Assembly (NCBI RefSeq): GCF_018350175.1
Contig: NC_058368.1
Span: 227,480,001 to 227,544,000, forward strand
Direction: 5' to 3'
Source of the DNA: Felis catus
Lineage: Eukaryota
Length of the DNA: 64,000 nucleotides
In this document: positions 25,240 through 36,977 of the stretch, piece after piece
How the letters are laid out: each line of letters opens with the position of its first letter
Position numbering within the stretch: the stretch's first letter is position 1
Position numbers and translations under genes: made by a program
Notes under the pieces: generated by a model
What the model was told of the DNA's origin: nothing
The model's database searches: none
What the model saw: the letters and a program-made list of their open reading frames with translations, nothing else

Positions 25240-26936
25240 CTGGAAAATATGCCAAGAAGGTCACTTTCAGACGACTCTGAGTCTGTCATGGACAAGAAAC
25301 TGTTAACCTAAATGGACTGGGGGCGGGGCAGCCTCCCCTGTCCACAGGCCCTGCCGTCCCTGGCCACTCGTGGAGGAACGACGGCCCGCGACGACCCCGA
25401 GGAAGCCTGCCAGTCTCCGAGCCCCTCAGTCATGCGTCTCCTCTCCTTCCTAGAGGCAAACTCCATCTCCTCACCCTGTGTGACCTCCTGACCTCAAATT
25501 CGGCAGAAGTGACATGTGAGACCAACCAGGCAGCCTCCGCCTCTGCTGTCATGGAAAGCCTTCCTCACCATGTCAAGAAGCCTGGGATGCACTTGGTGGC
25601 CCCCAGTCACCCTGTGCCCCCTTTTGGAAAGGAGTGTCACTGCTGTCACAGTGCCTGACTTGCAGGACGCCTGTGTGGGGCCGGTCACTCATCAGCACCC
25701 ACGGCCTCTGGAGCTGTCCCCAGTGAGCCACACCGAAGAAGCCTCAGTGGCACCTTGACCCAACCTAGAAAATAGGGTCTTGGACCTCAAATCTGAGCCC
25801 GCTACCATAGGATGGGATGAAATTTGGGGAGTACTGGGGAATGCAAGGTACAGAAATCACCCTGTGGTGGGAAGAAAACGGCCATACCACTCTGCTACTT
25901 CTCCCACAGAAGGGCAGTCTGTTTCTCTTCCTTGAACCTGGCCTGGCCAGTGGTATTTCTGACCCACACAACGCGGAAGAAGCGCGGCCGCTGATTTCTG
26001 AGGCCGAGCCTTGAGAGGCCCTGAGGCTTCTGCCATCACGTGAGGAAGCCCAGGGCGAAAGTCTATGTGGAGAGAGGCCCAGCGTCCCAGCCAACTGAGC
26101 CCAGGAGAAACCAGCGGATAGCTGCCCGATCACTCCACACGTGGCCAGAAGTGATAAGTCAGCGCTGCCTCGAGACAGCAAGTGGGTGCCCGTGCAGCGA
26201 TGGACAGCGGACAGACAGGTCAGCCTGATACACGCAGGTATGTGCACAGGTAGCTGGAGCCACGAGACCCAGTGCAGCCACTCGAATGGAGGAGGCCACT
26301 CTGGGGGTTTCTTGGAAAGCTTTTTAAAAGCGACAAGCTCGGCTGTCATGCTTTTGACCTCCTTGCTGCCTGGGTCAGGACTGGAGAAGTGGAGGAGAGC
26401 CGTGTGGATGGGCAGCAGAGTCGAGCCAGAGGGCCTGAGGGCCCTGCTGACCACCGCCCGAGCCCTGGCTGCCCTTCTGGAAGGGAGGAGCCCCTCTCTC
26501 TGCTCATGCAGGCGTGCCCTGCATCTCCCATGCACGTCTCCACAGACAACTCAAGTCTGCCGGGCACACTCAGCCTTTCCTAGCTGAGCCTCCAAAGGAG
26601 AACTAAGTCCCACAAAAAGGGTTTGAGCGACCCTCCTCCAACTTCTCCCAAGGACACGACAGCTGGTTCGGTCCTAGACGCACAGCAGAGGAGTTGAGTC
26701 ATTGCATGAACGGATGGCTTATGGCTTTAGGCCTTCATTGTCTCCTGGAATCTGAGCTGAAAAGGTCTGAACCCTCAGTGTTTACTGTCGAAAGACAATT
26801 ACAGGTTACCTTCCAAATAGAACTCCTATAACTTCCAACTGGTAGCAAAATACACCACTTGATTTTATCTACTCCTGTGGTGAGTTATGTCTTACTCTCT
26901 GCTCTCCTGGAAGGGGCTTTGGGTTTTATATTGTAC

Positions 26937-27015
26937 CTGCCAAGCTCAGCCACTTCGCTGTAGAAGGAGTCAAAGTTGTCTTTCCAGGTCACCATGATCC
27001 CATCACTCCCTGGAC
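26937..27015 (-). CDS. TRIO: TRIO exon ~54 (PGSDGIMVTWKDNFDSFYSEVAELG)
   Basis: acceptor ttacAG, donor GTacaa; 79 nt. Confidence 0.94.
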
Positions 27016-27412
27016 CTGTAACAAGAGCAGCACCTCCCCTGAGCTTGGTTTCTGCGGCGCTACTGGGGGAAGGGGTCTCTAGGCCTGCGCTGTCCAACAT
27101 GGCGGCCGCCGTGGCTGCCGGGCATGTCCGCTGTGGCTCATCGGAATGAAGATGTGCCCAAAGCATAAAATACACACGACAGGCTGGGACTTAGGATGAG
27201 GACGAGATGGGTTTACGTGACAGAAATAAACACCCACTGCCTTTTCCACTATTTTCCAACTTGCGTCTCCAAGGTGGCATCTTCTACCTCCCCACATGCC
27301 TTTAGCTTGTGCTACTGATTTATTAGAAAGCAAAAACCACCTGGATAGTTTCTGTGGCCTCTTTTACAAATTACAACACCGGTGATTCTTCACTTTTAAA
27401 TGCAAGATTCTC

Positions 27413-27640
27413 GGGGCGCCTGAGTGGCTCAGTCGGTTAAGCGGCTGACTTCGACTCAGGTCACGATCTCGCGGTATGTGGGTTCGAGCCCCACGTCGGG
27501 CTCTGTGCTGACTGCTCAGAGCCTGGAGCTTGTTTCAGATTCTGTGTCTCCCTCTCTCTCTGACCCTCCCCCGTGCATGCTCTGTCTCTCTCTGTCTCAA
27601 AAATAAATAAAGGTTAAAAAAAAATTAAAAAAAAATAAAT
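27413..27640 (+). mobile_element. Can-SINE (intronic, antisense to TRIO)
   Basis: TSD aaat(g/t)caagattctc. Confidence 0.93.
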
Positions 27641-28537
27641 AAATTCAAGATTCTCTTTCTTCTTTGTATCATGATCTGAGAAATTCAGGACATTCCCTTT
27701 CTCTGGTTTAATGAGATTAAAATATCTGGGATGAAGAGACACAGGATAAAAATGCTAAGATAATTCTGTTCATTGTCTACACACAGGGTGTTCCTGAACT
27801 CAATGCACCTTTTAGTTCAGGGTTTTATTTCTGTTTTGCCCTCGGAAGCAGGTTCCTTGAGCTGGTGCAGCTGGGGGACACGTGACAAAAGTCAGCGGTC
27901 CTGTGCTGCCAAGCTGGCCTTCTGCCAAAGCAGTAGCTGCAAATCAAGGGGTACGTGCTGCCTCCTGAGCATCTTGTCAAGTGCACCCAGAGGAGACTTA
28001 GAAAGGCCCAGGACATGGGTTCTGTCTCCAGTAGCTCAGTCTAGCTGAGGAGAGAGAACAAGGCCTTGCTGGGCAGTGAAGAGAGCAAGGGCTTCGGACC
28101 GGAGGGACGCAGGTCCCACCCTGGTCCCCTGCACTCACGGGAGGGACGCCGCTAGGGTCTAAGTCAGGCACAGAGCCTCAGCCACAGTCCTTCCTCTCCT
28201 CTCATAGTCTACATGAGACCAGCTTGGAAGAGAGTCTCTCAGAGACAAAGTGTCAACTCAGGAATTGAATAAAAGAGAAATCAAATAGGAGGATGTGTTT
28301 TGAGCACTAAGAACACGGAATGTGCTGTGTTCCAACCCAGAGGCTGGCACCGGGGCCGTGATGAGCGGCCTTCACCGTGTCTCTCCCCGGGATGTCCTAG
28401 ATACCGTGGTCTGCCCCTTGAAGGTCTTGTTGGGAAGGCCCCGAGAGTGACTGTTGCCAAACACTTCAGAGTATGTGGGGCGGGTCTGTGCAGGGGCGGG
28501 GCCTCTGGGCCTCAGATCAGCTCGGGGAGCAGCTTAC

Positions 28538-28659
28538 CCAGCACCCTCAGACTGGCTGAGGACGAGGCCGAACCCATGTCGTTCACAGCGATGCACGTGT
28601 AGGTGCCGTCATCTTCTGTGGTCACGCCCACAATCTTCAGAGTGGCCTCTCCCAAGTCA
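28538..28659 (-). CDS. TRIO: TRIO exon ~53, Ig/I-set (DLGEATLKI...DDGTYTC...ASLRVL)
   Basis: DxGxYxC Ig motif; acceptor cggcAG, donor GTaagc; 122 nt. Confidence 0.95.
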
Positions 28660-28925
28660 CTGCCGTACAGATGACAAGACACCGTGGGTCACAGAGGGGC
28701 AGCCCCCCAGTGGCCACCCCTACCCTCCCCCCTTTGGGGTCACAGGAAATTCCGAGAGCGAGTATTGCCAAGGAATTTCAAGTGGAATTTTAATTTTTAT
28801 TGTGCACCCCGGATGAAACGGGCCCTGGTGGGAGGCGTCAGGGTGCAAAAGCTAAGTAAGCAGTTTGACAGTGTTGGTCACAGTGACCAGAGGTCATGCT
28901 CACTGCCAGCGAGATCCACCCTCAC

Positions 28926-29088
28926 CTGTAGGAGATGCTGTAGTGACCGTCGTTGTTCAAGGTGTTGTGTTCAGGGCCCTTCCAGGTGATCGAGGCCTTG
29001 GGGCGGCCACAAACTCGACATCTAAGAACAACGGTCTCCCCTGTCTCACACGTGACCTCACTCAAGGGAATGACGAATTCTGGGGGAA
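28926..29088 (-). CDS. TRIO: TRIO exon ~52, Ig/I-set (PPEFVIPLSEVTCETGETVVLRC...HYSISY)
   Basis: acceptor gtgcAG, donor GTgagg; 163 nt. Confidence 0.95.
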
Positions 29089-29294
29089 CTGCACGAGAGA
29101 GGAGTCAGGGACACCAGTCACCCTTGGTTCCCCTCCCACACCCACCAACGCTAACAAACGAATGAGGCCCTCGTTGCCGCCCACACCCGGAGCGCCACAA
29201 AAAACCCGTTCCACGCGGCACACCCGAGGCCTCTCCGCCATGCCCCATAGACCTACGCTCTGCGAGACCGGAGGAAGCAGACAACAGAACTCAC

Positions 29295-29322
29295 CGTCAT
29301 ATATGTAGTTGGGGTTGAGAAG
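29295..29322 (-). CDS. TRIO: TRIO exon ~51, 28-nt mini-exon (LLNPNYIYD)
   Basis: acceptor tttcAG, donor GTgagt; phase 0 to 1, needed to keep frame. Confidence 0.93.
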
Positions 29323-30070
29323 CTGAAATGGAAAAAGCATGTAGATATTAACCAGAAGCAAGAACTGCTTTGAGGTATACTGAGTTTATTCCCCGGCTAC
29401 GATTATCACTGAAAGATGAGTGGAACTACAACTTGGTTTTCGTGGGTATCGAAACAGCGCATTTTCATCCCCTTTAAATGCACTCATCCAAATTTAGATG
29501 AGCTTTTGTCTTCCTTCTCACAAACGCATCAACGCCCTTTAACCTCAGAAATGCCCATTTTTCTCATCCAGTGGGCTGGGTCCAGCTGGTCCCCACACCC
29601 CTTCCTTCTGAAGGGCGGCCGGTGCCCTGGCCCAGAGCCCTCGCGTTCCCTTTGGGGGAGATTTTTTCTCCCCAGGCAACCACTCCCCAACCCAGGTTTG
29701 AGGCAGTCGCACCACGGGAACCAAGCTGACTGAAGCGACTGCCGAGGGAATGTGCCGGAGCCGGCGAGGCTGAGGTGGCCCCCGGATGAAGTCAGCGCCA
29801 CAGCGGCTTTGCAGCGTTGTACTTGCAAGGGTCTGGTTTCTGCCTCACCGGGCAGCTGGCAGGGTTCCTTATAAGCTACACGTGCACCTGGTCAGGTGTG
29901 CTGCGTGTCCCTTGTTCCCCGCACAAGTGTACCCACCTGTGCCCGGAGCCCTGCGCTGGCGGGAGGCAGCCCTGGCTGGCGGGAGGCAGGGCGTGGCAAG
30001 CGAGGCTGGGCGCCAGGCCCCCTGCTTCCCCCTCGGAATGACACAGTTTCCTGGAGACGCTCAGACTCAC

Positions 30071-30209
30071 CTTCACAGATACCTTGTTGCTGAGTCCTTC
30101 CCGAGACTTCCGATAACCGTTCTCTAACTTGCCTTCCCGTTTGCCGTCTTTATCTTTTTTCTCAGATTTTTTCCTTAAACGGAGTGCTGTGTGCCAAGAT
30201 GTTGACTTC
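30071..30209 (-). CDS. TRIO: TRIO exon ~50 (KSTSWHTALRLRKK...SNKVSVK)
   Basis: acceptor ccctAG, donor GTgagt; 139 nt. Confidence 0.95.
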
Positions 30210-30438
30210 CTAGGGGGAAAGTAACACATTGTTAGTGTTACATCTTCCCAGTGTTCGGCAAGTGATTCCTGAGAATATCAGAGAAGAGCTGAGTAGCTCA
30301 CCCATGGGGACACAGGCTGACTGAGGCTCCTTCAGGAACAGTGTGCTCTGCTGAGGGAAACCGGACCCTGAGTCTTAAAAACCAGAGGGGAAACCAAGAA
30401 ATTCTTAAGTGTTAAGGACTAAAATACAGAAGTGGCCA

Positions 30439-30782
30439 TGATGATGGTCAATTCTTGGCCGTTTGATGCCCAGAGATGTGATCAAGTGTTGTTCTGGGTG
30501 TTTCTGGACGAGATTAAAATTTTAATTGGTAAAGTAAAACACTCCGCCCTCCACCACGTGGTGAGTGGGCCTCCTCTAATCAACCGGAGACCTAAGTAGA
30601 ACAAAAAGACTGGCTTCCCCGAGCTGGAGGGAATTCTTTAGCAGAATGGGCACCCAGCCTGCTGGTCTACACTGTGGATTTGGACTCATAATTCTCCATA
30701 ACCTTATGATCCAGTTCCTTACAACACCTGCCTCCTTCCCACACGCTCCTATTGGCTCTATTTCTCTGGAGAACCCTAATAC
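30439..30782 (+). mobile_element. MLT2-type solo LTR (ERVL)
   Basis: ends cctattggctctatttctctggagaaccctaatac, typical MLT2 terminus. Confidence 0.75.
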
Positions 30783-31218
30783 GAGGCCTAAGAATACCCT
30801 TTGATAAAATAAAGTACAAAATGGGATTCTTGAATAATGTACTAAGATAAAGTACTTCTATATATCGAGGAGAGATGGGACAAGGGGATCATTATGGAAG
30901 AGACCCTCTGCAGCCTGAGCTCAAGCCTAGCATCCCCGGGGGGTTGCAAGCTCCAGGCCCAGAGGTGTGGGGTGGTGCTGGGGTGCCATCCAGGTGTGCC
31001 GCACACCCTGCCGAGGGTCCTGCCGGGCTTGGACAGGAGCGTGACCGTGGTCACCGTCATTGGAGATTTCAGAAATCACAAATTCCTGCAATGCCTCCAT
31101 TCCCAGAAGCCATGTGGCTGATCTCTATCACAGCCAAATAGATTCAGAGAAGGGCAGAGTTTTAAATCAGCACCTGAATTCCGTTTTCTTTAAAAAAAAA
31201 AAAAAAATGTTGAATGCA

Positions 31219-31446
31219 GGGGCACCTGGATGGCTCAGTCAGTTAAGCTTCTGACTTTGGCTCACATCACGATCTCACGGTTTGTGAGTTCAAGCCCCAC
31301 ATCAGGCTCTGTGCTGACAGCTCAGAGACTGGAGCCTGCTTTGGATTCTGTGTCTCCCTCTCTTCCTGCCCCTCCCCTACTCATGCTGGGTCTCTCTCTC
31401 TCTCTCGCTCTCTCAAAAATAAACATTAAAAAAAATTTTTTTTAAA
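31219..31446 (+). mobile_element. Can-SINE (intronic)
   Basis: head, CT repeat, A tail. Confidence 0.9.
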
Positions 31447-31889
31447 GTTCAACGCAGCAAACCCAGTCTCATTTCGTAGTGGAATGAAACCTTCTAGTAT
31501 ATGTGAGGCACGACAGTAATGGCATCACACAGATCTTTACCTGCAGCTCACAGACGAGCACCTTCATGGATGCACCCTCAGCATAGCGTGCTAAGAGGGC
31601 AGGGGTCCTTGGAGAGCCCCCCCCCCCAACCAGAATATTGGGGACTACAATATTGTTGTGGTTTACTCAGTGGCTTAAAAAAAGCTGTGTCTGCAAACGC
31701 AGGTTATCGAAAGACCCTGTGAGAACAAGTCTGAGAGACGAGAGGCCACCCCGTCTTCACTCTGGGGTTCCGCACCGCGCCTGGAGATGAACTCGCACGG
31801 ATAGACGATGGCGCGGCTCTCTAGCGGGGCCTCTGGGCCTCGTGCGCGCTCGGGCCCCTGTCCCCTCGGCTGGCCCACCGGGCACTCAC

Positions 31890-32137
31890 TTGAGGGTCCC
31901 ATCGGGGTTCTCCACGATGACTGCACTGGTGTGCCCCAGGACGAAGCCCGGAATCCAGCCCTCGGCGGCGGGGCACTGGTCAGTGGCGGCTCGGAACACC
32001 AGAAACATGTTCTGTTGATTGCTGGCCAGAATCTGAACGACCTCTCCTTGGTAGACGTTGATCTCATCCTCCTTCACTGCCGTGTAATCGTGTGTCACCA
32101 ACATGGTGGAGATGTTGCTACTGCTGCTGCTTTCACT
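31890..32137 (-). CDS. TRIO: TRIO exon ~49, second SH3 (SESSSSSNISTMLVTHDYTAVKEDEI...NPDGTLK)
   Basis: acceptor ctccAG, donor GTgagt; 248 nt; HDYTA..EDEI..EGWIP SH3 motifs. Confidence 0.96.
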
Positions 32138-35100
32138 CTGGAGTGGGAGGGAGGACAAAGAGAAAGGCAGAGGGGAACTGAAACGAGATGTGATGTCATC
32201 CGTGGGCGCCGTCTCGTGCCGGCCCAGAGCAGCGCTCACCACACAGACTCGGAGCCACTCTCTCGTTAGCTGACTCTGTGCCTCTTTCCTGATCACCGAA
32301 AACTTAGAAAGCAACGTGAGCGACAATCTAAGGCGACTCAGCGCAGTGACGACACTCTGCTTTTGGGAGATGATTTGAGCCCCATCTTCCTTGCACCTCA
32401 AAGGAGTGGCTCAGTCCTCCTGCCGGTGCCGTGCTACCTTAGATCTAGGTTGTGGGGGTGTCACGGGGACTACCACGCTCACCTAGAAAAGCATTATTAA
32501 ATTAAAAAGCCCCGAGAGTAGCTCCCCAGCTGACACACTAGACCACGGAGCGGCCCCAGATCTGCCAAAGAAAACGTTCACTCAGAGCACAGGCTGCCGG
32601 CTCCGGCCGAGCTGCTGACATGCCTCACCACGGTCACCTTTTATTCCTTTCCTTCTGAAAGAATGAGCGATACCTGAAAAGTAAATCGACTACTGCCCTG
32701 CTCCTAAGGATAGTCACTCGTATCCCTTGGTGAGTGGCCCTTCCAGGAGCTTGTGTGACTCGAGCGTCCGGAAGGTGCCGTTGCCACAGTAACACACAGA
32801 GTACCCAGCACGGCAGGGCAGCTGTGGACACCGAGGGCCCCGCGATTCAAGCTTCGGGAACGGACCTTGGCGTGGGAAAGCCTATGCTCCTCTCACCCTG
32901 AAGTCCTCCTGGTAGTACCCGACCTCCTCGTCCACTGTGTGTCCTTAACGTCCATCACAGTGACTGACAGGCAGCAGACGCGCAATACCTATCTAGGAAC
33001 TCAACGAGGCGAGATGGCAAAAGGGAAACAGAGATCATTTCTGAAGCCCACCTACCTAGGCCCGTGGGCCGAGTGGCGTTAGTTGCTGAGCGGAAGACAC
33101 ACAAATGGCAGTGTTTGTCTCAAGCTGTCATTTGCCAAGTGACCCCTTTGTTCCGGGGGAGGGGGTGAAGCTGACACCACTGGCCAATCCTGAGCTAGCT
33201 CTTGCTCAATCCCCTCTACCAACGGGTGGGACGTGGGAAGGGGCATCAGGCACCCTGTTCCTGCTTGCTTGTTCTCAGAGGCTTCCGCCAACGACGCCGT
33301 CAGGACGTTCACGGATCCCCCGGGCTTCGAGGACACTAGCCTCTGCTGGGCTCCTGGGTGCCTGGGGCAGGTCCTGGGTGGTGCAGTCGCGCCTGCCAGA
33401 CAATCCCGCCTCACACAGGTCAGCCTGGGCTGCCGGGCTGGTGTTGGGGCACACGGCAGAGGACGGCCGGCTGCTATCAGCAAGTCAGCGGGCCGAGAAC
33501 TCCAGGGTCCAGGGCTCCAGACCCGCAGTGGATATTTAAGGGAAACACAGCGGAGTGCCAAGCTCTGTTCCTGTCTTGGCGGAGTCGGCTGCGGATACCT
33601 GCCCCTCGTGGATGCCCGTGCTGTCCACGTCAGGCTACGGGCTGTGCGTAGTCATTTCTGCCATTGTATTCTTTGAGCATGTACTTTTAGGATTCTGACT
33701 TATATAGCAATACCCAATAATTTTGAGATTACGAAGCCAAATTTGCTAGAGAACGCAAACGAAAAGCAACTTATGTGGCATAGCCGCTTTTGGCAATAAC
33801 GCATACAAAGCTCTGTCTTTTAATTTTGCCACAATAACAACAGCTACTGGTATTTTCTGAACACGCGCTATGAACCAGGCTAAGTACCAGGCATTTAAAA
33901 TCCATCTCATTTAATGCTCAAAACCGCCTTCCCAGCTGGCACAATCGTTACCCCCTTACAGAGTGGGGGTTAGGAATGTGCACGGGCCACCTGGCTTCTG
34001 AGACGAAGGCAGGGTTGCATTTCTATTGCTGCCCAGGTGGGCAGGTGCAGAGACATCGTGCATCCACATTTGGGGGCTGGCACAGTCACTGTCTGGGTTG
34101 GTCCACATCCACTCCACTCCTGTTCTCAGCAGAACTTTCTGGAAGGTGCCCATTAAAGGAGGAAGAAGGACCCAGGCCATGGGTTAGGCACAGCTGCTTG
34201 GCTGTGAGTGCAGACAGTTCCATGGAAGTAGTCAAGGAGGAAGGCGGTCAAAGCAGACCTGCCAGGAGGATAAGACGGCCCAGATGGGCAGAAACGGGGC
34301 AGGGCGATGGTTCCTTTTAACTGAAATACTTAAGAATCCTAGAGGACATTTTCAAATCCCCATTCAGGCCTCTGGCGGTCGTCCCAGCCTTCCAGGGCAT
34401 CTCTGTAAGGCACTTTGACTCATCTAAAACACTGGCAATTTCGTGTTCCAGGTTACCTACCACGTAAAAAAAAAAGCGAGAGGCAGAGGCAGCTTGTGCA
34501 GCCTAAAGCTGGGACATACGTCACACGTGACTGACTATGCCTTTGTCTCAGGGTGAACATCCCAGGAGGGAGCCAGGTGGTGACTGTTATCTGTACACTC
34601 ATGGGCGCCCAGCGGCCATCACGGGCTGCCCTGTGCTGGAGCAGTCGAGGTTCATTCTGAAGCACAGACTCTGAAAGGTCCTCGGTTGCTTATGGGGAGT
34701 GTCCAGGTTAGGATGAGCCCAATTCGTAGGAGGGGTCTCAGCTGTAAGACCATGCCCGCATCCCGAGTATTCCACCAGATGCTGGCAGGCAATCCTGCGA
34801 CCTCTGCCTCTTTTTCTCTGGCTGAAGTTGCTCACCTGCATTCCTAGCAATTCATACCCAACCGGGGGCCAGGCTACTCTGCGGGACACTGGCCACAGCC
34901 ACTGCAGAGGTTGCCTGCCCCGACCGCTTGTTTTTGCAAATAAGAGTCAAGGGCAAATAAACGTACCAAGACCCGCTTCCTGATTTCTTTCTCAATTAAG
35001 TATAAAGATCGAGTTTAACAATATATGTAACAAGTAGAAGGAAAAGAAAAGGCCACGTCACCCCAAACAAGGCATTAATAGAAGTCCAGAGGAAAGAAGA

Positions 35101-36066
35101 GAGACATGCAAAAGCCAGATTCGTTTTCATAATGAGAGACACAGACCCTTTTAGGGAAATGTATTTAAAAATTTATAAAGCGATCAAACATACACTCGTT
35201 AGAACAGTTCTCTTCCCTCACGCATGCCTTTAGGAAAGTGTTAAAGGTCAGGCCATCTGCCGTGTAGGAAAACAGCTGGGGAGGATAGTGAGGAAGCCAC
35301 AGAAATGGGGGAAAACCCCACCACAGCAACCTTTCTGCTCGAGGACACGACCCAGGCAACGGGCCTAGGAGAGGGCGAGGAAGGCCGGAGCGCCCCCAGC
35401 GCGCCCCTGCCGGGCAGAACGCAGGTCGCTCGGCATCCAGCCTCCGCCTCGCTCCCCGCCAGCAGGAGCCCGCGCTCCAGACGCGCTAAGGCAGTCTCTC
35501 TCTCTTCCAGAGTGAAACTGGGGGAAGCAAGCATTTCCACTGGAGAGATTCTTTTCCCCCTATTTTGTCTGCTTAGTTTGCTGTGAATTGCTGCTGGAAG
35601 TTTTCTCGAGGGACTATTTTTTTTTTCAGCAGGTGAGTCAAAAACGCTGCAAAGATAATTTAAGGCATAAAAGAGCACAACCAAGCGATGAGCAAAAAGC
35701 TGAAAGTGTACAGATTCCAATTGAAATAGGAGGTAAACAGCAGGGACGCTGACCCCTCTAAAAAACGTGTGTGAGGAAGGCAGGGGTAAAAAGGAAGTTC
35801 CGAGATATTCTGCTGGTCAGAGAGTGTGAGAGACGCACAGGCGCTGCGTTCGCAAGGTACCGATCTGCTTCCCATATTAAGGAGACACACACAAAGCAAG
35901 GAGCGAGTTAGTAGAGACGAGAGCAGCGCTGTCCCCGCGGCAGGAGGGTTAGAAGGCGCGCCGTCCAGGCCCGCGGGGCGTCGGCGGGCTCCGACCTCTG
36001 CGGGCGGCGCCGGAGGAGCCGGAGAGCCGGGAGTTAGTAGGAGGAGAGCGGCGGCCACGGGGAGGT

Positions 36067-36129
36067 TTAGAAGAGCTGGCGGGACAGAGGCAGCGGGGCA
36101 GGCGGGCGCAGGCTGCCGGGCGTTCTTAC
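36067..36129 (-). CDS. TRIO: TRIO alternative C-terminus by read-through of the exon 48 donor (VRTPGSLRPPAPLPLSRQLF*), Trio9-type isoform lacking SH3b, Ig and kinase
   Basis: in-frame continuation to TAA; the ...PLSRQLF ending resembles the Trio9-type tails I recall from human and mouse. Confidence 0.7.
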   Translation of the reverse strand, partial: VRTPGSLRPPAPLPLSRQLF

Positions 36130-36977
36130 CCCGTTGCTCTGCGTGGACTGCACGGACTGCTCGCTGGCCGAGGAGCACGTGCTCATGCGGTCCGTGTCCT
36201 TGCCGGGGGCCGCGTGGCGCTGCGCCTGCCGCTGGAGGGAGTCGCTGTCCCCCGGGAAGGTGAAGGAGCCCGGCCGGCTGGCGGGAGAGGCGGGGATGGA
36301 GCTCCAGAAGGAGCCCCCCTTCTGCAGGGGGCTGCTGGGGGGAAAGGGCTCCTTGCCGATGGGAGAAGGGAACGCGGTGGCCACAGGTGAGTTCAGAGGC
36401 GAGACGGCCCCGGGCCTGGGCTTTCCCAGGGGCAGCGAGCCCAGGCTGCTCCGGGAGCGGCTGTCCTCCGGGTTGGCCCGCGCCTCCCTGGCGTCCGCAT
36501 CGCGGCCGGCGCCTGCGGCATTCCCCGAGGCCTTCCTGGGGCTCTCGATCACCTTCATCTTGGGGATGTGCTCCGCTTCTCGCTCGGGGCCTTCGGGCTC
36601 TCCCGGGGCGCGCCTGCCGGCCTGGCCGGGGCCGGCCTCCGGGGCGGGGCTGCTGCCGGGAGGGGGCGGTGCAGGGCCGGGAGTGGACGTACCTGACATC
36701 TTGTCTGCCTCTGCCTGGCTCGAGGCTGCAGAGGAGACCAGCACGGGGGAGTGGTGTCTGACAGGCTGGGGGATCCGGGAGGGTCTGCTTCTGCTCGAGC
36801 TGGGGAGGCCGCTGCAGCTGCCGGGGCCGCCGCTGGGGTTGCCGCCTCCGCCGCTGGGGGCCCCGCCGCTGCCTCCGCCGCCGCCGCCGCCGCCCCCTCC
36901 CCCGCCGCTGCCCCCGCCGCCGCCGCCGCCGCCGCCCCCGCTGTGGTTCCTCTGATACTCGATTGGTGATGTCAATG
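36130..36977 (-). CDS. TRIO: TRIO exon ~48, Gly/Pro/Ser-rich linker (LTSPIEYQRNHSGGG...QSTQSNG)
   Basis: acceptor ttgcAG, donor GTaaga; 848 nt, phase 1 to 0; matches ORF 36067..36975. Confidence 0.96.
36868..36942 (-). repeat. TRIO: (GGC)n-rich polyglycine tract S-G10-S-G12-S
   Basis: direct reading of codons. Confidence 0.9.

Larger units (their letters stand above)
35280..36960. promoter_or_regulatory. Intragenic CpG island over exon 48 and the start of intron 48
   Basis: very high GC and dense CpG compared with flanks (visual estimate). Confidence 0.7.

Noticed and set aside
36134..36955. 273-aa plus-strand Pro-rich ORF
   Set aside because: Antisense shadow of the GC-rich exon 48
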